Below, piece after piece: positions 26,336 through 32,000 of a DNA stretch of 32,000 nucleotides. The stretch spans positions 1,350,001 through 1,382,000 of the forward strand of contig NZ_CP011034.1 in NCBI RefSeq assembly GCF_001465295.1, given 5' to 3'. Origin of the DNA: Pseudoalteromonas translucida KMM 520 (GTDB taxonomy: Bacteria; Pseudomonadota; Gammaproteobacteria; Enterobacterales; Alteromonadaceae). Within the stretch, counting starts at the first letter, position 1; each line of letters begins with the position of its first letter. The notes beneath the pieces were generated by a model, which searched no databases, had not been told where the DNA came from, and worked only from the letters and a program-made list of their open reading frames with translations. Both the position numbers and the translations under genes were made by a program.

Positions 26336-27301
26336 ATGAGACAAGATGCAGTAACCATGAAACTAAACCCACGAGATCAACAAATTTTTGCGGCTGTAAT
26401 GAGCACGTATTGTAATGGTGAGGGTTTACCTGTGCCATCAACAAAAATTGCCAAGCTAAAAGGTATGGCAGTTTGCTCGGCTACAGTACGTAATGCCATG
26501 GCACGTTTAGAAAAAGTGGGTTTACTCTACTCACCCCACACATCAGCGGGGCGCGTGCCAACAGACTACGGATTTGATTATTGGTTTGAGGAATTTTTTG
26601 CACTCGCCGATATAGCTAATTACTGGCAACCCGCGCAAACACAATTAGTTGAATTAGCGCATGGTTTAAGTCAGCGTTATCAGGTGTGTTGTTGTGTTGG
26701 TTTGCCACAAGTACGCTCGCAACAAGTATTTAGAGTGGAAGTGCTCGATTTTGATTCCACTGATTGGTTAATTTTATTAATAGACAGAGCAGGGCAAAGC
26801 CATAACATTTGTATTAATAAGCCCGATGACGCAAGTGATAGTGTGCGTTATCAGTTTGCCACGTGGTTAAATACAGTATTTAGCCAACAAACCTTAATAG
26901 AAGGTTTGTATCGTATGCAGGCAATGGCAAATACTGCGCCGCGTAACTGTCATGATTCACTGAACCAGTGGACGCGTGAACTAAGCCAAAAGCTTGGATC
27001 TGATAATAGTATTGTGGTTGGTGAAAACTATTTGTATAAACAAATAGATTGCGAGCAAAGCCTAAACATTGGGGTGTCTTTTTTAAATTTTGTTGAAGAC
27101 AAACTAGTATTTAAAAATGGGGTGTCGGTACTTAATACTGAAAACCTCCCTTTTTCAGATTGTAACGAATTGATTGTGATTAGCTTGCCGTACTTTCAAA
27201 ATCAAGAATATCAGAGTCGTTTTTGTGTAATTTGTCCAAAATCAGCGCCAATCGAAAAAATAATCCAAGAATTTAAATTAATTGAGACAGCTAACTCTTG
27301 A
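26336..27301 (+). CDS. hrcA: HrcA-like heat-inducible transcriptional repressor (divergent)
   Basis: The N-terminal winged-helix pattern LNPRDQQIFAAVMSTY...GLPVPSTKIAKL...CSATVRNAMARLEKVGLLYSPHTSAGRVPTDYGFDYW matches the conserved HrcA signature (SxATIRNxMxxLExxGLLxxxHTSAGRxPT). An alternative start is ATG 26357. Neither start has a clear SD. Confidence 0.8.
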   Translation: MRQDAVTMKLNPRDQQIFAAVMSTYCNGEGLPVPSTKIAKLKGMAVCSATVRNAMARLEKVGLLYSPHTSAGRVPTDYGFDYWFEEFFALADIANYWQPAQTQLVELAHGLSQRYQVCCCVGLPQVRSQQVFRVEVLDFDSTDWLILLIDRAGQSHNICINKPDDASDSVRYQFATWLNTVFSQQTLIEGLYRMQAMANTAPRNCHDSLNQWTRELSQKLGSDNSIVVGENYLYKQIDCEQSLNIGVSFLNFVEDKLVFKNGVSVLNTENLPFSDCNELIVISLPYFQNQEYQSRFCVICPKSAPIEKIIQEFKLIETANS

Positions 27302-27325
27302 ATCTTTTAATTCAATCCCCATAAT
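27297..27325 (+). promoter_or_regulatory. Sigma32 promoter of grpE, overlapping the hrcA-like stop codon
   Basis: CTTGAA (27297-27302), a 14-nt spacer, then CCCCATAAT (27317-27325). The TGA stop of the upstream gene is 27299-27301. Confidence 0.75.
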
Positions 27326-27358
27326 TACCGCAGTTGTAAAGAATTGGAGCACATATTT

Positions 27359-27976
27359 ATGTCTGAACAGAGACAAAACCCAGAACAAGAAGTAGAACTA
27401 AACGAAGACCTAGCAAAAATGGAAGCTGATGTTGAAGCCGCAGTACAAGCAGCAGAAGAACACGCAGAGCAAGATCAAGAGCAAAGCCCTGAAGCTGAAA
27501 TTGCAATGTTATATGCAGAGCTTGAAGTAGCAAAGCAAACAATAGCAGATCAAAAAGATGGTGTAGTTCGCGCCGCTGCTGATGTTGAAAACATGCGTCG
27601 CCGTGCCGCGCAAGATGTAGAAAAAGCACATAAATTTGCACTAGAGAAGTTTGCTAACGAATTACTTCCGGTTATTGATAACTTAGAGCGCGCAATTGAG
27701 TTTTCTGATAAAGAAAACGAAACGCTAAAGCCTGTGCTTGAAGGTATTAGCATGACGGTAAAAAGCTTTAACGATGCTGTGGCAAAATTTGGCGTTGAAA
27801 TTGTTAATCCACAGGGTGAGCAGTTTAATCCAGAATTTCATCAAGCTATGTCAATTCAGCCAAGCAACGATGTATCGCCAAATACAGTATTAGCGGTAAT
27901 GCAAAAAGGCTACACCTTAAACGGACGTTTATTACGCCCAGCTATGGTTATGGTATCTAAAGCAGCTGACGCTTAA
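27359..27976 (+). CDS. grpE: Nucleotide exchange factor GrpE
   Basis: The acidic N-terminus, then [42 protein letters not shown] and a C-terminal beta domain, match GrpE. ATG at 27359 with GGAG 8 nt upstream. Confidence 0.95.
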   Translation: MSEQRQNPEQEVELNEDLAKMEADVEAAVQAAEEHAEQDQEQSPEAEIAMLYAELEVAKQTIADQKDGVVRAAADVENMRRRAAQDVEKAHKFALEKFANELLPVIDNLERAIEFSDKENETLKPVLEGISMTVKSFNDAVAKFGVEIVNPQGEQFNPEFHQAMSIQPSNDVSPNTVLAVMQKGYTLNGRLLRPAMVMVSKAADA

Positions 27977-27993
27977 GTTGTTATAAATGATTT

Positions 27994-28024
27994 AAAAAAT
28001 GCCTCAATTTGAGGCATTTTTTTT
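27994..28024. terminator. Bidirectional terminator shared by grpE (+) and the MFS gene (-)
   Basis: AAAAAATGCCTCA-ATT-TGAGGCATTTTTTTT. The MFS stop codon (28004-28006) lies inside the hairpin. Confidence 0.8.
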
Positions 28025-29206
28025 GCTTTTTAAATAGTGAACCAATTGCACTAAAACAGTGAGTATTACAGCGCCAAACATCAAGCTTGAAAAAGGCACG
28101 GCACTTTTAGCATGTAATATCGCTAATAGCGGGCCGACCAAAGCACCACTACCAAAGCGTAACGTGCCAATAACCGCGGTTGCTGTGCCTGTATTTGCTT
28201 CAAACTTCATTAAAATAAGTGAGTCGGCATTACTGGCTATTATGCCTAAGCTCATCATAAGTGGTGCAATAGCGCCAACAATAAAGTAAAGCGACAGCTG
28301 CATAACACTAAAAGTAAGTAACGCAGCGCCCGAAAGTAAGCCAAATATTAATCCGTAGTAGAGCATTTTACGAGAGCCAATTCGCGGCACAATACGAGTA
28401 TTTAAAAAATTCCCCAACATGAGCGCTACAACGTTAAATGCAAACAAAATGCCAAATAACTGCTCCGATACTTTAAATAGGTCTAAGTATACAAACGGCA
28501 CTGAGGTTAAAAAACAAAAAAATCCAAACGATACAAACATAGAGCTTAAAATATCGGCACGTGCATCTTTGTTGCTTAGTATTGTTTTATAACTATTAAA
28601 AAATAATGGCAGCCCTTTAAGGTTACTTTTAAAAATAGGAATGTCGATTAAATACACATGCACAAAGGCTAAAATAATAAAGCTGTAGGCCGCTAAAATT
28701 AAAAAGATGGTAGACCAAACAGAAAACCCTAAAATAAGCGAACCAATTGAAGGTGCAAGTAACGGCGCTACCATCATAATCATCGACACATAAGACATAC
28801 CTTTGGCGGTGTTTTTTTGGTAAATATGCCTAATTATTCCAGGTACTACCACGGTTGCGGCTGCACCGGTAAATGCCTGCACGGTACGCAATACCCAAAA
28901 TGCATATATATCGGTAGTAAAGGCAAGAGCTAATGACGTTATACCAAATAAAGTTAAGCCAATTTTAGCCAGTTTACGGCGACCAATTTGATCGGCAATA
29001 GGGCCAAAAAATAACATCCCTAATGCATAGCCCGCTAAATAAATACTCAACGATATTTGTACGTTAGGCATACTGGTTTGTAAGTCACCCGCAATAACTA
29101 ACATTGCCGGTAAATACATATCAATTGCTAAAGGCGTAATTGCCACAATACTGGCGAGTAAAGGCAATAAAATACGGGTGTTAAAAGACGAAGCCGAGGC
29201 AGGCAT
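28004..29206 (-). CDS. MFS efflux transporter, Bcr/CflA-like drug resistance family
   Basis: About 12 hydrophobic segments. The N-terminal pattern LPAMLVIAGDLQTS...SLSIYLAGYALGMLFFGPIADQIGRRKL is typical of Bcr/CflA-subfamily MFS pumps. Confidence 0.8.
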   Translation of the reverse strand: MPASASSFNTRILLPLLASIVAITPLAIDMYLPAMLVIAGDLQTSMPNVQISLSIYLAGYALGMLFFGPIADQIGRRKLAKIGLTLFGITSLALAFTTDIYAFWVLRTVQAFTGAAATVVVPGIIRHIYQKNTAKGMSYVSMIMMVAPLLAPSIGSLILGFSVWSTIFLILAAYSFIILAFVHVYLIDIPIFKSNLKGLPLFFNSYKTILSNKDARADILSSMFVSFGFFCFLTSVPFVYLDLFKVSEQLFGILFAFNVVALMLGNFLNTRIVPRIGSRKMLYYGLIFGLLSGAALLTFSVMQLSLYFIVGAIAPLMMSLGIIASNADSLILMKFEANTGTATAVIGTLRFGSGALVGPLLAILHAKSAVPFSSLMFGAVILTVLVQLVHYLKSKKNASN

Positions 29207-29408
29207 TTATAAACTCAATCATTACTAAACAGGATGTGTAGTGTAACAGGGCATGCAGATTGGATAAACTTAGTTTGCCTGCTAAGTTAATTTTAATGGG
29301 TAAATGAATAACAAAAATTTATTGTTACTTGCTAAAAAGCAATTATTTTAAACGGCGGTGGTATTTGCTATTCTAGTGCTAACAAAAAATATAATTTGAG
29401 GGAATATA

Positions 29409-30206
29409 ATGAAAAAACTCGTGATAGCTATATTAGCTACTGCAGTGCTGGCTGGCTGTAAAACATCACCAACAGGGCGCACCCAAATTGCGCTTTATTC
29501 TGATCAACAAATGAGTGAAATGGGCACAGCCAGTTTTGCTGAGATGAAAAAAAATCAGCCTATTAATAAAAATCCACAAACTAACGCGTATGTAAATTGT
29601 ATTGCAGAGCAAGTAGTGGCTGTATTACCAAAAGAATACGCGTCGCAAAAATGGGAAGTAGTAGTATTTGAAGATGACTCAGCGAATGCGTTCGCATTGC
29701 CAGGCGGTTACATTGGTGTGCATACAGGGCTGCTAAAAGTGGCTACTAACCAAGACCAAGTAGCTACAGTGCTTGGCCATGAAGTAGGGCATGTAATTGC
29801 AGAGCATTCGAACGAACGTGTATCGCAAAGCTCAATGCTACAAACCGGCATGCAAATTGGCGGAGCAGCTCTTGAAATGGCCAATGTTGGGTATCGTAAC
29901 GAAATTATGCAGGGCTTGGGCTTGGGCGCACAATATGGTGTTGTATTGCCGTTTAGTCGTTCGCACGAATCAGAAGCTGACGAAATTGGCTTGGATTTAA
30001 TGGCGCAAGCTGGTTTTGATCCAAAAGAGTCAGTTACTTTATGGCAAAACATGAGTAAAGCGGGTGGTGGCGCAACGCCTGAATTTTTATCAACTCACCC
30101 AGCACCAGCAAGCCGCATTAAAGACTTGCAAGCACAAATGAGCCAAGCATTAGGAGAGCAAAAAACAGCAAGAGCACAGGGTAAAAACCCACAATGTAAG
30201 CTGTAA
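29409..30206 (+). CDS. M48-family zinc metalloprotease lipoprotein (LoiP/YggG-like)
   Basis: Lipobox VLAGC after a signal peptide. The HEVGHV zinc motif is followed by ESEADEIG. Size and layout resemble E. coli LoiP. Confidence 0.8.
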   Translation: MKKLVIAILATAVLAGCKTSPTGRTQIALYSDQQMSEMGTASFAEMKKNQPINKNPQTNAYVNCIAEQVVAVLPKEYASQKWEVVVFEDDSANAFALPGGYIGVHTGLLKVATNQDQVATVLGHEVGHVIAEHSNERVSQSSMLQTGMQIGGAALEMANVGYRNEIMQGLGLGAQYGVVLPFSRSHESEADEIGLDLMAQAGFDPKESVTLWQNMSKAGGGATPEFLSTHPAPASRIKDLQAQMSQALGEQKTARAQGKNPQCKL

Positions 30207-30224
30207 TCTAGTTTAACTACAAAC

Positions 30225-30260
30225 AAAACTCCCTGTGAGTAATTACTTACAGGGAGTTTT
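30225..30260. terminator. Bidirectional terminator between the M48 protease (+) and the porin (-)
   Basis: AAAACTCCCTGT...ACAGGGAGTTTT, a 12-bp perfect outer stem with a further palindromic interior (AGTAATTACT). Confidence 0.8.
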
Positions 30261-30310
30261 ATATTCAGTGCTAACCTTTATTTACTGAGTAAATAGCTAT
30301 TGATTAAAGC

Positions 30311-31099
30311 TTAAAATGTCCACTCAACATGAAGTTGTGGTACCGACTCTGTTACATCAGTGCCAAATTTGTTATGCCAATATTGCCATTCCATCCCTAG
30401 TAATAGGGTGTTTTCTTTCATTTCAAGGGCATGACCTAAATCCCAGGTAATGATAGGCTGCGCTAAAAACCACGCACGCACATCTTGACCAAATTCATTT
30501 TCACGCTCAGCAATGTATTCAACATGGCCTTTTACATTAAATTTTTGCGCGCCAATCATAAATGGGTAGTCAAACGCAACATCAAACATCCAGCTATTAG
30601 TCTCTATTGGTGCGCCACCTTTTGCTACGCCTTCACTGTCATCAATGTAGGCAGTTACCAATGTCTGAAAAAAGTTAAATCCAGGTACATCCCAGCTTAA
30701 TTTAACACCCGGTAAGTATTTCATTACCTTGGCGTCTCCTGCTACGTTAATACCGGCGGTTAAACCAACATCAATTAACGCGCCCGAACCAACCTGCTGG
30801 CCGGTAATAGCCGATAGGCTAACGGTTGAATACCATTCGCCATAAAAATCACGGTCTTGAAAGCCATCTTCAAGGTCGTCTTTACTGTAATCAATAAAGA
30901 AAAAGTTATCGCCGTAATCATAACCAGATGCGTGCTGAATTGAATACACAGCGGTATCTGACTCTTGCTCTGTAAATGGGTTTGTTTGCTCGCCATAATT
31001 AATGTGTAGAGCAGTACTGCTCCAATTAGCAGCAACAGCTGAGGTAGATAAAGCGCAAGTGCTTAAACATAAAGCGGGAAGTAATTTTTTTAGTTTCAT
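30311..31099 (-). CDS. Tsx/OmpK-family outer-membrane channel (nucleoside-specific porin-like)
   Basis: Signal peptide MKLKKLLPALCLSTCALSTSAVA/ANW (ATG 31099). The sequence has beta-barrel-style alternating aromatic residues, the YWHNKFG motif and a C-terminal aromatic residue (VEWTF). The family assignment is from pattern memory only. Confidence 0.6.
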   Translation of the reverse strand: MKLKKLLPALCLSTCALSTSAVAANWSSTALHINYGEQTNPFTEQESDTAVYSIQHASGYDYGDNFFFIDYSKDDLEDGFQDRDFYGEWYSTVSLSAITGQQVGSGALIDVGLTAGINVAGDAKVMKYLPGVKLSWDVPGFNFFQTLVTAYIDDSEGVAKGGAPIETNSWMFDVAFDYPFMIGAQKFNVKGHVEYIAERENEFGQDVRAWFLAQPIITWDLGHALEMKENTLLLGMEWQYWHNKFGTDVTESVPQLHVEWTF

Positions 31100-31176
31100 A
31101 ATAATAATAATTAGAGTGACACGCGGGAGCGCTAGTATAAGCAAAGGGAGGTGGTTTGTTAATTATTATATTACAC

Positions 31177-31203
31177 GTTGTAGCTTAATCACTAAGCTAC
31201 AAC
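31177..31203 (-). terminator. Hairpin downstream of the NhaC-like gene
   Basis: GTTGTAGCTTA-ATCAC-TAAGCTACAAC, an 11-bp perfect stem. There is no strong U-run on the minus strand, so its terminator function is uncertain. Confidence 0.45.
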
Positions 31204-31217
31204 GCAGTAACATTAAT

Positions 31218-32000
31218 TTATGCTTTATTTCTGCGCAGACAAATAACCGCAATCGCACTAAAAGCTAATATAAAGCAGTAGTAAGAAGAAGTTGATACTT
31301 CCCATGGGCTAATTTTAAATGTAGCTCCAAGTAGTAATGCTTGCGCGCCATAAGGCAGTGTACCTTGCGTTACACAGGCAAATATATCGAGCAAACTAGC
31401 TGAGCGTTTGCCTGTAATATTACCGTCATCGGCAAGCTTTTTGGCAATTGGGCCGGTAACAATAATAGACACGGTGTTATTAGCAATACACATATTGCTG
31501 GCCATTACTAACGCCGCAATACCAAGTTGGTCTGCCACTTTTCTATGCCACTTAGCAATCACTTTGGTAATTGATTGGATTTTTTGCGCTATGTAATCCA
31601 GGCCACCATTAAGGCGAATAAATTCAGAAAGACCGCCTATAAACATCGACAGCAAAAATATTTCTTGCATGTCGGTAAAGCCTTTATAAATATCTTTTAC
31701 AAAGCTGGCGCCTTCGTAACTACCAGTAAAACCCATAAGGGCAGCAAAAATAATACCGCTAAGCAAAACTACAAATACGTTAAAGCCCATCACTGCAAGC
31801 ACTAAAATAAAGGCATAAGGCAACACTAATAAAATGTCGTAATCTTTGGTTTCAACAACTTGTGCAGCGGGTGTTAAATATAACAACAACGCAATTGTGA
31901 CAATAGCGGCTGGAATAGCTATTTTAAGGTTTTCTTTAAACTTATCTTTCATTTCACAGCCCTGAGTACGGGTGGCTGCAATAGTGGTATCTGAAATTAT
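31218..32000 (-). CDS. Polytopic membrane transporter, NhaC-family Na+/H+ antiporter-like (5' end outside the window)
   Basis: The frame stays open upstream of the Met at 31952 to the window edge (..IISDTTIAATRTQGCEMKDKF..). It has multiple TM segments, and ...NMCIANNTVSIIVTGPIAKKLADD...DIFACVTQGTLPYGAQALL resembles NhaC C-terminal regions. The family call is tentative. Confidence 0.55.
   Translation of the reverse strand: MISDTTIAATRTQGCEMKDKFKENLKIAIPAAIVTIALLLYLTPAAQVVETKDYDILLVLPYAFILVLAVMGFNVFVVLLSGIIFAALMGFTGSYEGASFVKDIYKGFTDMQEIFLLSMFIGGLSEFIRLNGGLDYIAQKIQSITKVIAKWHRKVADQLGIAALVMASNMCIANNTVSIIVTGPIAKKLADDGNITGKRSASLLDIFACVTQGTLPYGAQALLLGATFKISPWEVSTSSYYCFILAFSAIAVICLRRNKA

Noticed and set aside
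26170-27358. A CIRCE operator for the HrcA-like repressor.
   Set aside because: No match to TTAGCACTC-N9-GAGTGCTAA was found by eye upstream of hrcA or grpE. Only a weak AT-rich 7-bp inverted repeat is present, so no operator feature was called.
27357-27753. Minus-strand ORFs (94 aa and 67 aa) inside grpE.
   Set aside because: They are mirror-frame artefacts of the GAA/GCA/CAA-rich acidic N-terminus of grpE, giving Leu-rich repeats.

Overview
The window looks like gammaproteobacterial chromosome. Gene content and about 35-40% GC suggest an Alteromonadales or Pseudoalteromonas-like marine organism, but this is inference only. It joins two very different parts. Positions 1-8856 are a GC-richer segment: hand-counted 60-nt blocks give about 45-55% GC against about 33-40% elsewhere. 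This segment is dominated by one uninterrupted 8.3-kb ORF encoding a 2,765-aa multi-module protein. That protein has a ParB-like module, an HExxH zincin-like module, long low-complexity linkers and glycine-rich or hydrophobic segments. A small ORF overlapping its start may be translationally coupled to it. I read this as the end of a phage or conjugative-element-like insertion carrying a polyvalent-type giant protein. Next comes a 1.26-kb AT-rich two-gene cassette (YafO-like toxin plus a secreted protein). It is bracketed by two identical 26-bp hairpin repeats at 8831-8856 and 10117-10142. The remaining roughly 22 kb is ordinary housekeeping and stress DNA. In order it holds htpG and adk; tpx; a REC-CheC-like response regulator with a PAS-GGDEF cyclase; the yeaG(prkA)-yeaH-ycgB(spoVR) triad; sodB and grxD; then recN (two SOS boxes), a small membrane ORF, an unknown 185-aa gene and nadK; then an hrcA-like gene and grpE, each with a textbook sigma32 promoter; and finally a Bcr/CflA-type MFS pump, an M48 lipoprotein protease, a Tsx/OmpK-like porin and a 5'-truncated NhaC-like transporter. 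I recognised no rRNA, tRNA, CRISPR array, transposase or integrase. The most interesting targets are the giant ORF and the repeat-bracketed toxin cassette at its end.
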